Shown here: positions 46,012 to 60,100 of the stretch, in pieces | How the letters are laid out: every line of letters begins with the position of its first letter | Position numbering within the stretch: position 1 is the stretch's first letter | Source of the DNA: Gouania willdenowi | Taxonomy: Eukaryota | DNA: 64,000 nt | Assembly: GCF_900634775.1 (NCBI RefSeq) | Contig: NC_041064.1 | Span: 1,508,717 to 1,572,716, forward strand | Direction: 5' to 3' | Position numbers and translations under genes: made by a program | Notes under the pieces: generated by a model | The model's database searches: none | What the model saw: the letters and a program-made list of their open reading frames with translations, nothing else | Told to the model about the DNA's origin: nothing

Positions 46012-48600
46012 ATGGATATTATATTAAGCACGTGTTTAGCTGGTCACGGGGAGCTGCTTTCCCTTGTAACGGGACCTGGTTGCCTCGGTCACAACGGCTG
46101 GTCAGGGGATGGCCAGACGGGCAACGGCGCATCTGCAGACATCCAACATGTCAGAGCCGAGGAGAGGAGAAGCTGGTGTGCTTGCCTCACCTCTCTCCAT
46201 GGAGGTGTCAGAGGCAACAGGTTTTGCAGCCCAAGCCGGGATGACAAAGATGTCGTCCTTCTCTTTGTCCTCTGAAATGAGGACTTCAGAGGTAACGTCC
46301 CCTCAGTTCAAGTCTAAAATGTCCTCCCCGGACGGAAGGACAAAGATGAGGTCGGACTGGGAACCCCAGCTGGAAACGAGTCCCACCGCAGGCTTTCAAC
46401 AGGTCTCTGTCTCCATCTCCAATTCGATGGCCGATTGAAGGTCTGTGCTACTACCTCCTGAGACGCCCTTTGACCCTCTGTTTGGACCATGCACCGCTCC
46501 ATTGGCTCCATATGAAGGATAACAATGTGGCTTTACAACCTTTTAAGTTTAAAGTGGTCCATAGACCGGGGTCTCAGATAGTTCTGGCTGACTTTTTCTC
46601 TCAATCGCATTTGGGAGTTGGGTTGGCCGGATGATGCTCTACTACACACCCCCACGTGTGTAGTTAACAGGTTAGAGAGGATCTGTCGAGAAATGCAGGT
46701 CAGGGAGGGACTGGCAGTCTGCACAAAACTCCTGCGGAGGAGACACAGGATGCAGTTCTCAGAGCTCACTAATGTGGAATAGCTTGTTTTGTCCAAAAAA
46801 AGCCACAAAAACAAACATTCTGTCTGTGGAGCTGTGTCCGGAACTCTCACCTCGTTAGCAGGATGTCGAGATGACTCTGGAGACAATATTACATTAAAAA
46901 TCAATATAAATGATGCAATATCAAGCGGCATTTACTGTCTGAATATCCAATGTAACAGGAGGGCTTTCTATGTAGCCATCCTATGCTGCTGCCACGTCTC
47001 CTCAGACACTTTTTATTCATATTATTCACCGCTCGTCACGTCACTGAAGCGATAAAGTGATGAAGTGACCAAAAAGTGACTAATTACAGGTGATTTAAGC
47101 CACTATAATCACTGAAGACTGAACGCACCTTTAGAACAGGCTCATATTCCTCAAACACCGGCTTATTTCACCCATTACGGTGAATAAATCACTATTTTCC
47201 GGGTGGTTGTCATGGCAGCTCAAGTCATCTCTGATCCATTGATGATGGCTTTTTATCGCGCGCGTGCCCGTCAGTAACCCAAGGTTTACATACTCAGGGT
47301 TGATTAACCCACTTCATACCAGCTTTAATGGAATCAGATACCCAGAGTTTCCCATCGTGGGGTATGTTGACCCAGAGTTTATGGATAAACTCAGAGTTTG
47401 TTAACCCTCCTTTATGGAACACCCCTCTAGAGTCATTTTGTGGGATATGAGCATGATAAATGTGTTTGTAGTTTTTTTTTTTTTACTCACTTTTATATTT
47501 TTTTGTTTGGTGTATTTTTCTGTATTGTATGTTTTTTGGAGTCATAATGTGTATTTTTGTATCTTTCTGTTGTGTTTTTGTGCATTATTTGTATAATTAT
47601 TGTTTTTGTTGCCATTGTAGTGATTCTGGAATTATTTTGTGTATTTTTTGTATAAATATTGTTTAGTTTTTGTTTTATTTTACTCATTTAGTATATTTTT
47701 TAATATAAATACTGTGTGTGTGTGTGTGAGTGTGTGTGTGTCTACATCCATCTCCTCCGTTTACGCGCATCAGCCGTGTGTGTGTGTGTGTGTCTACATC
47801 CGACTCCGTGAACGTGCATCAAATAAATAAATACCTTGTGTGTTCCCGTGAATGTTTGAGACGCTGATTACAAAACTCCATAGACATTGTAGTGCAAATC
47901 AGAAAAGTAACAAAACTGCGCAAAACCAAATGTAAAGTTCCAAACTACATGAGTGAGTAATAAATTAAAGTATTATCTACAATTCGGCTGTCTTTTTTTA
48001 AAAAACAAAAATCATTTTTTACCTTTGAACCGAGTGGTCAGAGCGTATCTTCCAAGCACGGCACCACAGAGAATCTGCAGTTTTCCAGATGGAGAATTGA
48101 ACGGGTTGGGAAACGTGTCTCTAAAAGACTCACCAGTGGCTGATGGTTTCAAACGTTCTATTCAGAGAGCTCCGTGTCTCGGTCTAAACTATCTTCTTCT
48201 CTATCGCTCGTGTGTTTACAGCTGCTTAGCTGTGTGCGCAGCGATTGGCTCTGGTCGCACATGTGACTCTTGCTCTTACTCTTGAGCTGTGCAGTGAAGA
48301 TGGTGCGCGAGCGCCCCCTCACACCCTGAGGTCAAAAGCTGAATAGGTTTCATTTCAGGGCCGTCCAGAAGTGAAATGAAATTAAAATAAACATTTTGAA
48401 ATGACTCCAAATTACTCCAAAATAACAGATACACACACTCGGGGTATTTGGAACCCGTCGACCGAGTTTCAGGTCCAACTCGCACCGCATCGGGGAGATA
48501 TTTGCTGCACACACACAAATCCCCACATCCCCACAGACCTCCCTTGAATTTATAGGTAGATTAAGCAGCAACTTTTCATTTCGGGTCACTTTTCTCTGGA
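46012..48600 (+). repeat. Block B1: a ~2.6-kb segment duplicated at 57170..60100 (block B2). It forms the extended upstream region of TAAR paralogs 5 and 6.
   Basis: Collinear identity by eye. It includes poly-T at 47470..47490, (GT)n at 47713..47800 and the ORF-like pieces 46109..46438 / 57283..57573. Confidence 0.7.
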
Positions 48601-48737
48601 ATTGGAATTTGTGGGTGGTCTTTTCAAACAACCTTACAGAATAAGCAAAAACAAACCAGAGGTCAAATCATCTAAATATTCATTCAAAAAGGAAGTTACC
48701 AGATCAAAGGAGGGCGGAGCAATGAGAGAAAAGGTTT

Positions 48738-48743
48738 TATAAA
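48738..48743 (+). promoter_or_regulatory. TATAAA box upstream of TAAR paralog 5
   Basis: Conserved promoter. Confidence 0.5.
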
Positions 48744-48781
48744 TCAGTGCAACATTAGAGTGAGAGGCAGAGGGGTCAAAG

Positions 48782-49870
48782 ATGGCAACCGTTGACGACG
48801 CTGAGTTCTGCTTTTCAAATCTTAACTCATCGTGCAGGAGGATCGTGCGTCCTCACTCAGTCTCTGTGCTGATTTATATCACCCTCTCCTCCATCTCTGT
48901 GATGACTGTGTACCTCAACCTGCTGGTCATCATCTCCATCTCACACTTCAGGTATTTAAATATTCTTTCACAGTGTTTAGGAGGTTCTGTTTTCATAAAA
49001 TCTGATCTGACTTTTCTTTATCTCTCACTTTTCAGGAAGCTCCACACTCCCACCAACCTCCTCCTCCTCTCTCTGGCTATCTCAGATTTTTTTGTGGGCA
49101 TCCTTATGATCTTCCAAATATCACTTATTGATGGTTGTTGGTTGTTTGGGGCGCTGTTGTGTATTGTGTATTATTATTTGGATTATATCTTCACCTCAGC
49201 TTCAATAGGAACAATGGTTCTGCTCTCAGTGGATCGCTACGTGGCAGTGTGTGAACCTCTGCAGTATCCCACTAAAGTCACAGCAAACAGAGTGAAAGTA
49301 TGTGTTTCTCTGTGCTGGATCATTTCTGTTCTCTATCAATCTTTTCTTTTTAAAGATAACCTGGAACAACCAGGCCAGTACAGCACGTGCCTTGGGGAGT
49401 GTGTAGTAGTTGTCAGTTATGTTGGTAGCATTGTAGATGTTATCCTGTCATTTATTGGACCTGTTATTGTCATCGTACTGATGTCTCTGAGGGTGTTTGT
49501 GGTGGCTTTGTCTCATGCTCATTCTATGCGTTCTCATGTTGCATCTGTGAGACCTGCACACGAGTCCCAATTCACCACAAAGAAATCTGAGCTTAAAGCT
49601 TTCAGCACAATCAGCGTTGTCATTGTGGTTTTCCTCCTGTGCATTAGTCCATATTTTTGTGTTTCTATGACTGGAGCAGATTCTTTTTTAAATGCTTCCG
49701 CTTTGAGTTTTGTGATTTGTCTGTTTTACCTGAACTCCTTTTTCAACCCTCTGATCTATGCACTGTTTTACCCCTGGTTCAGAAAGTCCATCAAGCTCAT
49801 TGTTACCTTTCAGATAATGAAGCCTGGCTCCAGTGATATTAACCTGCTGCACAGAGAGCGGAAACGCTGA
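48782..49870 (+). CDS. TAAR-family olfactory GPCR, paralog 5. Exons 48782..48951 and 49036..49870.
   Basis: Distinct residues: ISLIDG, CIVYYYLDY, ISVLYQSFLFKDN, ADSFLNASALSFVIC. Confidence 0.9.
   Translation: MATVDDAEFCFSNLNSSCRRIVRPHSVSVLIYITLSSISVMTVYLNLLVIISISHFRYLNILSQCLGGSVFIKSDLTFLYLSLFRKLHTPTNLLLLSLAISDFFVGILMIFQISLIDGCWLFGALLCIVYYYLDYIFTSASIGTMVLLSVDRYVAVCEPLQYPTKVTANRVKVCVSLCWIISVLYQSFLFKDNLEQPGQYSTCLGECVVVVSYVGSIVDVILSFIGPVIVIVLMSLRVFVVALSHAHSMRSHVASVRPAHESQFTTKKSELKAFSTISVVIVVFLLCISPYFCVSMTGADSFLNASALSFVICLFYLNSFFNPLIYALFYPWFRKSIKLIVTFQIMKPGSSDINLLHRERKR
48952..49035 (+). other. 84-bp in-frame intron of TAAR paralog 5
   Basis: Coordinates verified. Confidence 0.8.
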
Positions 49871-50615
49871 CAAAGCAGCCTTTGTTCACCATCATCATCT
49901 TTAATTTCATATAAAACATCAAATGTCAAATCAAATGTTGCTACAGGAAAAACACACTGACTCCTTAAGTTTGTCAAGGTCACAATGTATTTATTTGCTA
50001 TTTTAGATTGTTTACAGTCAGGCCCCTCATGCTTTGAACAATGACACAATTTCCAGCATTCATCAGTGCAGTAAAGTTTAAATCAATGATTGTTTAATTC
50101 TAAACCAGGTTAATGTTGCTCATTTCTATGTGTCCTTCACTGATTATCAGTGTTTGTTCCTGGTTTTTGAGAGCTGCTGTCCAGCTTGTTTTCAGTGTTT
50201 CTCAGCTTTAACACACCTGAATGTATTGAGCAGAACTTTAGACGTTCAGCTGAACTGTTTAGGTGAATGCACTTTAGATGTATTTATGTTGGAGCAGAGG
50301 GTCATCAAGAACATGCAGAACAGTCACCCTCAGGAACCAGGAATGAGTCAACCTGGTTCTAAAAGTCCAAAGTAAATCAGAAATGCTGCCTGGCTCTTTT
50401 TTAAAGGTGTGTTTGATTCCTGGTGGTGATGTACGGAGCCTATATGTTAAATATAACATCACTGTCTCTTTATTAGACCTGATTGTGTTTAACAGTAGAA
50501 GTCCCAATGACGGGTCATTTTATCTTCATACTGTACCTATGGAGCCCACAGAAGGGTCACTTGAGCTGAAGGTTTTTACCTAACACCTTCTCCTAAGCTG
50601 AAAACATGCGCTTTT

Positions 50616-50616
<1 letters not shown>

Positions 50617-50646
<30 letters not shown>

Positions 50647-50653
50647 CATGTGT
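50617..50653. repeat. (GT)n microsatellite
   Basis: gtctgtgtgtgtgtgtgtgtgtgtgtgtgcatgtgtg. Confidence 0.9.
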
Positions 50654-51576
50654 GATTTCAGTACTCACTCCCTTACTCAGCATTGGTCGGAACATACTGT
50701 ACCTTGCACTGCATTTATAGAAATAGCCTATAGCTTGCTCTCAAACGAGAATACTTTTGAGAGCAAGCTATAGGCTTGCTATATGCTTGCAAATTTGGAC
50801 CATTTCACACCTGGGTGGTGACCCTACATGACAATGTGAAAACTGGTCAATTGAGTCCTCTGCTTGTTATACATGAACGATCCTCTCAAAACTCCCCTGT
50901 TTGTATGCATATTTTTGTACCACAGTCAGACAATTGAGCAACAAACAAGTGAAATCTGCATTACAGTTGATGATACTCATATCCGATGTGAGAAGCAGTA
51001 TTATAGTTAGAGCTCCTCTGCTTCCTACTGTTGTATTTTCTCTATTTACTTTTATTGTCGATAGTTTTTTATTTTATTTACTTCTTTTAACAACTGTAAA
51101 ATGTTTATAAAATGTATTGTTAGCATTGATAGTAAAGCTAGATTTTCGAGTGTGTAAAGCACAGTATGAGTTCTCACTTTGAAAAGGTAAATTTACGAGG
51201 TCCACCATTCTCTAACCAGGTCCATGATTATTTTTATTTATTTTTGTACAAATTTGAAGGAAGTGCACAAGATGGACAGGCCGACAAGAGAAACAGCACT
51301 GTTTAGCTGATTGATCACTGTTTAGCTTGTGTGCAGCATTAGCTTTAGCAGCTAACTCATCATTTCTACTTTGGAGACCTAATGCGGAAGTACTGAACCA
51401 TAGCGAGAGTGTGAAAAGGCCTGTAAGGTGTGAAAAATTCCTTTCCACCTCCATGTTTAGAGTCAGTCTCTCACCTCTCCCTCCCCTGCTGATTCCTCCA
51501 GCAATGGTCACATTGCTTCATTTAAAAATGAAAGGATGCTGATTGTTGGTGTCAGTTTGAGCTGAGGGTCTTTTAA

Positions 51577-52981
51577 TGAATTCATTTGCAAATTATGGTG
51601 GAAAATAAGTATTTGGTCAATAAAAAGTTAATCTCAATACTTTGTAATGTACCCTTTGTTGTCAATGACAGAGGTCAAACGTTTTCTGTAAGTCTTCACA
51701 AGGTTGTCACACACTGTTGCTGGTATGTTGATTCATTCCTCCATGCAGATCTCCTCTAGAGCAGTGATATTTTGGGGCTGTCGCTAGGCAACACAGACTT
51801 TCAACTCCCTCCAAAGATTTTTTATGGGGTTAAGATCTAGAGACTGGCTAGGCCAGACCAGGACCTTGAAATGCTTCTTACAAAGCAACTCCTTCATTGC
51901 CAGGGCGGTGTGTTTGTGATCATTGTCGTGCTGAAAGACCCAACCACGTTTCATCTTCAATGCCCTTGTTGATGGAAGGAGGTTTTCACTCAGAATCTCA
52001 CTATACATGGCCCCATTCATTCTTTCCTTTACATGGATCAGTCATCCTGGTCCCTTTGCAGAGAAACAGCCCCAAAGCATGATGTTACCACCACCATGCT
52101 TTCCAGTAGGTATGGTATTCTTTCTCCTCCAAACAAGACAAGTTGAGGTTTTACCAAAAAGTTCTATTTTGGTTTCATCTGACCATTTGACATTCACCCA
52201 ATCCTTTTCTGGATCATCCAAATGCTCTCTATCAAACTTCAGACGGGCCTGGACATGTAGTGGCTTAAGCAGGGGGACACGTCTGGTACTGCAGGATTTG
52301 AGTCCCTGGTGGTGTAGTGTGTTACTGATCGTAGCCTTTGTTACTTTGGTCCCAGCTCTCTGCAGGTCATTCACTAGGTCCCCCCGTGTCTTTCTGGGAT
52401 TTTTGCTCACCTTGTGATCATTTTGACCCCACGCGGTGAGATCTTGCATGGAGCCCCAGATGGAGGGAGATTATCAGTGGTCTTGTATGTCTTCCATTTT
52501 CTAATAATTGCTCCCACAGTTGATTTCTTCACACCAAGCTGCTTACCTATTGCAGATTCAGTCTTCCCAGCCTGGTGCAGGTCTACAGTTTAGTTTCTGG
52601 TGTCCTTTGACAGCTCTTTGGTCTTGGCCATAGTGGAGTTTGGAGTGCGACTGTTTGAGGTTGTGGACAGGTGTGTTTTATACTGATAACCAATTCAAAC
52701 AGGTTCCATTAATACAGGACAGAGGAGCCTCTTAAAGAAGAAGTTACAGGTCTGTGAGAGACACAAATCTTGATTGTTTGTAGATGACCAAATACTTATT
52801 TTACAGAGAGATTTACCAATTAATTAATCAAAAATCCTACAATGGGATTTTCTGTATTTTTTTTTCATTTTGTCTCTCATAGTTGAGGTATACCGATGAT
52901 GAAAATTACAGGTCTCTCTAATCTTTTTAAGTGGGAGTTCTTGCACAATTGGTGTCTGACTAATTACTTTTTGCCCCACTG
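51577..52981 (-). mobile_element. Tc1-like DNA transposon. One IR is complete (ends …gactaattactttttgccccactg at 52981). The other IR is truncated to its inner ~75 bp.
   Basis: Transposase pieces are at 52042..52449 (…[56 protein letters not shown]…[17 protein letters not shown]) and 51784..52020 (…[19 protein letters not shown]…[19 protein letters not shown]…, DDE C-terminus), separated by a frameshift. The IR is of the CAGTGGGGCAAAAAGTAATTAGTC…TGACCAAATACTTATTTTCCACC type. Confidence 0.8.
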
Positions 52982-53099
52982 TCCATGCACCACTAAATAT
53001 GACAATAACAAATAAAATAAAACAATGAATACTTCCAAAAAAACTTAACTCAAGTAAAAGTAATCAAAAGTTGTACTCCTGCACTTTTGGTTTTGCCGG

Positions 53100-54950
53100 T
53101 ATGAACCTACCATTAATGGAGGTAGCGTTTGAAAGTAGAGGAATGGACCTCATCAGGCCATTTCACCAGACCGCATGGGTTTATGGCTTTGTATTATTGT
53201 TAGTAAATTATGCAACGTAATATCCCAAAGCAGTGCCGCTGCACACCATTTCTGCAAAGAGTGTGGCTCAGGTGCTGTTTCATGGCATCTTCAGGGTTGG
53301 AATTCCAAAAGAAATTTTAACCAACCAGGGCGCATTGTTCCTGTCACGCACACAAAAAGAACTGTACAGATTACAGGGGGTTAAATCTATATGACTTACT
53401 GGGGGTTAAAACTATTCAGACCAGTGTGTATCACCCAAAGACTGACGGGCTTGTGGAACGTCTGAATAAGATTTTGAAAAACATGATCTGTAAGTTCCTT
53501 AGTGATGATGAACATAATTTGGATCACTCGCTTGACCCTCTCTTCTTTGCAGTGAGGGAGGTTACCCAGGCCTCCACAGGATTTTCTCCCTTTGAGCTGC
53601 TGTACAATAAGAAACCATGTGGGATCTTGGACCTGTTAAGAGAAAACTGTGAGGAAGGTCCAAGTTTCAGCAAAAACAAAATACAACATGTGTAGGACCT
53701 GAGAACAAAACTCCACACATTGGGTCACCCGTCACATGAGAATCTGCTCCAGGCCCAACAGCATCAGACAAGACTGGAGCTTTGTCACTTTACACCGGGA
53801 GAAAAGGTGGTTGTATTTTTCCCTACATCCAATTCAAAAGTACTTGCTTCGTGGCAGGGGCCCTTTGTGGTCACACGGCGAGTGGTTGACATGGATTATG
53901 AGGTTGAGTGATCTGACAGACGTGGAGCTCTACAGATCTACCACCTTAACATCCTGAAATTAAGGCGTGAGATAGATCCTAGTGTCTGCAATTAAAGGGA
54001 AAAATGAATAGGGACCTGAGGTACCAAAAACTACTAATTATGCTTCACTTTTGCTTGATGACCATCTCTCACTGTCGCAGAAAGCAGATGTGTGTAAGTT
54101 GCAGGCAGAATTTGCAAATGTGTTCTCTCCTCTGCCCGGACGTATAACGTTCATTGAACATAAAATAGACATGCACCATGGATTAATGATATGTTCCCTG
54201 TCTTATAGGTTACCTGAGCATTAACACAAAGTAGTACAGGATAAGTTCACGGCCATGTTGGAAGAGGAAGTGATAAAACAGCCATACAGCGCATGGAGCA
54301 GCCCAATTGTTCTTGTAGCTTAGAAGGATAAGGGATGGGTCAGTGCGTTTCTGTGTGGACTATCGTAAGTTGAATGAAGTGTCACGGTTTGATGCATGCC
54401 CTTTACCCCTGGGGTCGGTGAACTCCTGGACTGGCTGGGAAGTGGTCGCTTTTTTACAACTCTGGATTTAACCAAAGACTAGTGGCCGCTGCAGAGTCCA
54501 AGGAAAAATTGGCCTTTTTTCGTCACACTTTCTTTTGGGTTGTTCGGGGCTCCAGCCTCCCTCCAACGCCTGATGTGTGCTGCACTCACACACTGCCTAT
54601 GCTGCTACATACCTTAATGACATAATAATTCACAGTGATGACACCTGGGAGGAGCATGTCAGCCGCGTTGGGTGCATTAAGGCAGGCGGGGCTCACGGCC
54701 AACCCAAAGAAGTGTGCGGTAGGTTATCTTGGGTACCACTTAAGTTGTGGTTTAGGTCGATAAAATTGCAGCAATTGTGGTCTGACCACGGCCCCAATCC
54801 AAAAAAGACATTGGGGGTTATTGGGTATGGCAGAAGTACATTCCAAACTTTGCATATCAGACTGTTCCCCAAACCGACCTTACTCGCAAAGGTGCCTCAG
54901 ATCCGGTCCAGTGAACGGAGCAGTGTCAGTAGGTGTTTAAACAGGTAAAG
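53100..54950 (+). mobile_element. Second decayed Ty3/gypsy-type pol fragment with INT → RT → RNase H-start order (Gmr1-like)
   Basis: INT core at 53175..53695 (…VNYAT*YPKAVPLHTISAKSVAQVLFHGIFRVGIPKEILTNQGALF…YHPKTDGLVERLNKILKNMI…). INT C-terminus at 53720..53957 (…VVFFPTSNSKVLASWQGPFVVTRRVVDMDYEV…YHLNILK). RT N-terminus at 54000..54500 (…FCVDYRKLNEVSRFDACP…). RT core and connection at 54577..54948. Confidence 0.6.
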
Positions 54951-54959
54951 AAAACTATA

Positions 54960-55100
54960 GGTTATTTGCATAACCCCGGTTCTCTGAGTAATATGAGTGA
55001 GATGTCTCACTATGAGATATACGCCTCTGCGTCATATATCAGAAGCCCTATCTCATTACGCCAATCCTGATTGGCTGGGTGAAATGTATTCATCCATGAC
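54960..55100. repeat. Solo hairpin/ITR fragment related to the DIRS-like termini
   Basis: …cgtaaccccggttctctgagtaatatgagtgagatgtctcac…ccaatcctgattggctgg… resembles 24420..24660 and 36400..36700. Confidence 0.45.
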
Positions 55101-56399
55101 AGGAAGTCCCACCTACTATGAGTAGAGTGGGCGGAGAAAACAGCACCATTCAAATAAGGCTCACAACCCAGCAACCTTTCACAGATCGCCCCTCGTGCAC
55201 AACGCCCTAGGCTGGCGTCCTTGGTGACCACCTTCCTGGATGTGATGATGCCCATAGGCACTCCTTAGGTCAGGAAAAATTTGGGCGCGTCAGTGGCGCA
55301 AAGCCCTGGCGCACTCCGATGTGACCAATACCTTCTATGCGCCATAACGCACCGGGTCCAGCCAACATGTGGTCATCCACAGCTGGAATTCCCACATGTG
55401 GAGGTGGCCGAGGTGGGTCACAAGGATTGCTGACGCTATTAGCCCGAGCAGCCGAAGACACGTTCTGTATTGGATGAACCTTCCCGGTTGGAAACGCACA
55501 AGACACGTTGCAAAGGTTTCCACCCGTGCAGCCGAAAGGCATGCCTTGAATGGCACCGAATGCAAGGATAGACCTAAAAACACTATCTCCTGTACCGCTG
55601 CCAACATGCTCTTTTCCATGTTTATCACAAAACCTAGGTCGTCTAGGTGACACAACAGAATACGCGTGTGCGCTCTGGCCTCCACCTCTCATTCAGATAT
55701 GTGGCCAAGCTGATGCCCTGCCATCTCAGCAGGGCCACCGCTGCTTCTGTGCCCCGTACAAACAACCTTGGACTCAGTGAGAGGCCGAAGGGGAGGACCC
55801 GCTACTCGTAACAAATCCCCTGGAAAGCAAACCGGTGGTATTTTCTGTGGGGAAGATATATTGGGATGTGGACATATGCAACTTTCAGGTCGACAGACAT
55901 GAACCAATCGTTCTAAAGCACCATGCACAGCAGGGAGGCATGCGTACGCATTTTGAACCTGTATTTCCTGAGATATTTGTTGAGAGCACATAAATCCATT
56001 GCTGTCTAAAAAAAGATTGGACTTCTTGTAGTGTTGACCTTTGACAGCATGTGCAGACAAGTAAGAAGAGTTTAAAAAAAAAAAGAGAGCACGTAAATCC
56101 AGGACAGCCCACCTACCGAGAGGAAACAGCGAACATCGCTGCCGCGCTGCTTATGGTAACATATTCTGCTTTTTGTTGATTTTTTATTTGCTGCGCTCTC
56201 AGCAACCTGGGTGTGTCAGCGGGGCACACTTTATTGGGTGCGTACTTTTGGACACTTTTTCAGAGGGGCAACAGCCGGAACCTCCATGGAAAAACGTCCT
56301 TCTCTCTCGGTAGCCTTCGGACCGAGTCGTGGAGTTGGGGGCGTGGGGGGTGTCAGGTGCATGCTTGGCAGCAAAACAGTTGGAGCTGGAGAACGGGGA

Positions 56400-56850
56400 A
56401 CATCCAGCTGCTTCACCAGGAAAGATGAGAAGAGCGCGTCAGGTTACCCTTTTCTTCTTCCTGGCCTGGCTGTGTTGCACAGGCGGAACCGGCGGGGTCG
56501 CAGCCGAGGCCGAAGGCTTCCTGGGCCAGCCGAAAGAACCGTGACCTGAGTTTGGGCGGGCTGGGGCGCAGACAGTTTGGGGGTCTTGAACTGCGTGCCC
56601 TGAAGATCCGGGAATGTGAGCAGGTGGAGACAGGATTGGGGACTTCTTGGAAAGGCAGAAGCGGAGAGCTTCATCATCCTTCTTCTTGGCCTCGCAACGC
56701 CTCTGCAGAGAGGCTAGCGTGGAGCCGAAGATCCCCTTCGGGATGACGGTCAGGTCAAGGATGTCGCCCCTCTCGTTCTCTAGCAGGTTCACCCGGTCAA
56801 GCCAGCGAGCCCGCTCCTGGAGGACCATGGTCCCCATCGCTCTGCCTGTG
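56400..56850 (-). pseudogene. Diverged fragment of a DIRS-like element (different subfamily)
   Basis: ORF 56439..56837 (-) MGTMVLQERARWLDRVNLLENERG… parallels the + strand segment 20230..20340 of copy A (MEKFMGNMVIQERARWLNLARLTDAERRP…). Confidence 0.35.
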
Positions 56851-57169
56851 GCCTGGACCGCACAGCGCTAGATCTGGAGGCACAAGTCTGTGACCACCAA
56901 CATCTCCTCCCACCTGGTCAAGTCCGGAGTGGACGCAAGGTCTTCTACAGCTCTGCCTGGTATACCGTGAGAGGCAACAACACGTTGAGTGCTCTAGCTT
57001 AGAGTGCCACAGCCTTGTAGGAGTGCTCCTTCAGGGTTGACTTTAAGGGTTCGGACTTGGCGGGCATCATGCGGAGCAGGCCCAGGTTCTTCATTGCCTC
57101 ACAGTCAAGAGATGAAGTGCACCACCTTGTCCAGCAGCTCCGGGAAGACAGGGACCAGCTGCTTTGCCA

Positions 57170-60100
57170 TACCCCTGGTCACGGGGAGCTGCTTTCCCTT
57201 GTAACGGGACCTGGTTGCCTCGGTCACAACGGCTGGTCAGGGGATGGCATGACGGGCAACGGCGCATCTGCAGACATCCAACATGTCAGAGCCGAGGAGA
57301 GGAGAAGCTGGTGTGCTTGCCTCACCTCTCTCCATGGAGGTGTCAGAGGCAACAGGTTTTGCAGCCCAAGCCGGGATGACAAAGATGTCGTCCTTCTCTT
57401 TGTCCTCTGAAATGAGGAGTTCAGAGGTAACGTCCCCTCAGTCCAAGTCTAAAATGTCCTCCCCGGACGGAAGGACAAAGATGAGGTCGGACTGGGAACC
57501 CCAGCTGGAAACGAGTCCCACCGCAGGCTTTCCACAGGTCTCTGTTTCCATCTCCAATTCGATGGCCGATTGAAGGTCTGTGCTACTACCTCCTGAGACG
57601 CCCTTTGACCCTCTGCTTGGACCATGCACCACTCCATTGGCTCCATATGAAGGATACCAATGTGGCTTTACAACCTTTTAAGTTTAAAGTGGTCCATAGA
57701 CCGGGGTCTCAGATAGTTCTGGATGACTTTTTCTCTCAATCGCAGTTGGGAGTTGGGTTGGCCGGATGATGCTCTACTACACACCCCCATGTGTGTAGTT
57801 AATAGATTAGAGAGGATCTGTCGAGAAATGCTGGTCAGGGAGGGACTGGCAGTCTGCACAAAACTCCTGCGGAGGAGACACATGATGGAGTTCTCAGAAC
57901 TCACTAATGTGGAATAGCTTGTTTTGTCCAAAAAAAGCCACAAAAACAAACATTCTGTCTGTGGAGCTGTGTCCGGAACTCTCACCTCGTTAGCAGTCTT
58001 GCTACATACAACATTAAACTACAAACAGATTGTGTTCTGCAAACCTTTTGGCATTTGTTTAAACTCTATAATTTTTTCCCCTAAAAGTTGTCTTTTACAG
58101 GACTAGTACAGTGCCCGTCGGAAGTATGCATTCATATAGTGGGCGCTTAAGGAGTCTGTAGTAAAGTTAACTGAATACAAACCTGTGGATAATATAAAGT
58201 AGGAGGAGATGATTTAAATTAATACATTTTTAAGGCTCGATTGTTTTTTTTTATAATGTTATACAGTTAAGTCTGTAACTCATGACTCTTTGAAGGTATG
58301 ATGGTGCAGTGAATTGTGACGCTGCTCTTGAAAGTGACGGGTCGCGGGTTTGCGTCCCGCATCAGTGTTCTTTTATGACATTTTTTAGGATGTCGAGATG
58401 ACTCTGGAGACAATGTTACATTAAAAATCAATATAAATTATGCAATATCAAGTGGCATTCACTGTCTTAATATCCAGTGTAACAGGAGGGCTTTCTATGT
58501 AGCCATCCTATGCTGCTGCCACGTCTCCTCAGACACATTTTATTCATATTATTCACCGCTCGTCACGTCACTGAAGCGATAAAGTGATGAAGTGACCAAA
58601 AAGTGACTAATTACAGGTGATTTAAGCCACTATAGTCACTGAAGACTGAACGCACCTTTAGAACAGGCTCATATTCCTCAAACACCGGCTTATTTCACCC
58701 ATTACGGTGAATAAATCACTATTTTCCGGGTGGTTGTCATGGCAGCTCAAGTCATCTCTGATCCATTGATGATGGCTTTTTATCGCGCGCGTGCCCGTCA
58801 GTAACCCAAGGTTTACATACTCAGGGTTGATTAACCCACTTCATACCAGCTTTAATGAATCAGATACCCAGAGTTTCCCATCGCGGGGTATGTTGACCCA
58901 GAGTTTATGGATAAACTCAGAGTTTGTTAACCCTCCTTTATGGAACACCCCTCTAGAGTCATTTTGTGGGATATGAGCATGATAAATGTGTTTGTAGTTT
59001 TTTTTTTTTTTACTCACTTTTATATTTTTTTGTTTGGTGTATTTTTCTGTATTGTATGTTTTTTGGAGTCATAATGTGTATTTTTGTATCTTTCTGTTGT
59101 GTTTTTGTGCATTATTTGTATAATTATTGTTTTTGTTGCCATTGTAGTGATTCTGGAATTATTTTGTGTATTTTGTGTATAAATATTGTTTAGTTTTTGT
59201 TTTATTTTACTCATTTAGTATATTTTTTAATATAAATACTGTGTGTGTGTGTGTGAGTGTGTGTGTGTCTACATCCATCTCCTCCGTTTACGCGCATCAG
59301 CCGTGTGTGTGTGTGTGTGTCTACATCCGACTCCGTGAACGTGCATCAAATAAATAAATACCTTGTGTGTTCCCGTGAATGTTTGAGACGCTGATTACAA
59401 AACTCCATAGACATTGTAGTGCAAATCAGAAAAGTAACAAAACTGCGCAAAACCAAATGTAAAGTTCCAAACTACATGAGTGAGTAATAAATTAAAGTAT
59501 TATCTACAATTCGGCTGTCTTTTTTTAAAAAACAAAAATCATTTTTTACCTTTGAACCGAGTGGTCAGAGCGTATCTTCCAAGCACGGCACCACAGAGAA
59601 TCTGCAGTTTTCCAGATGGAGAATTGAACGGGTTGGGAAACGTGTCTCTAAAAGACTCACCAGTGGCTGATGGTTTCAAACGTTCTATTCAGAGAGCTCC
59701 GTGTCTCGGTCTAAACTATCTTCTTCTCTATCGCTCGTGTTTACAGCTGCTTAGCTGTGTGTGCAGCGATTGGCTCTGGTCGCACATGTGACTCTTGCGC
59801 TTACTCTTGAGCTGTGCAGTGAAGATGGTGCGCGAGCGCCCCCTCACACCCTGAGGTCAAAAGCTGAATAGGTTTCATTTCAGGGCCGTCCAGAAGTGAA
59901 ATGAAATTAAAATAAACATTTTGAAATGACCAAATTACTCCAAAATAACAGATACACACACTCGGGGTATTTGGAACCCGTCGACCGAGTTTCAGGTCCA
60001 ACTCGCACCGCATCGGGGAGATATTTGCTGCACACACACAAATCCCCACATCCCCACAGACCTCCCTTGAATTTATAGGTAGATTAAGCAGCAACTTTTC
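57170..60100 (+). repeat. Block B2: duplicate of 46012..48600 with an extra ~390-bp segment at 57993..58384
   Basis: See block B1. The extra segment contains a tRNA-T-arm-like gggtcgcgggtttgcgtcccg (58340..58360), a possible SINE remnant. Confidence 0.65.
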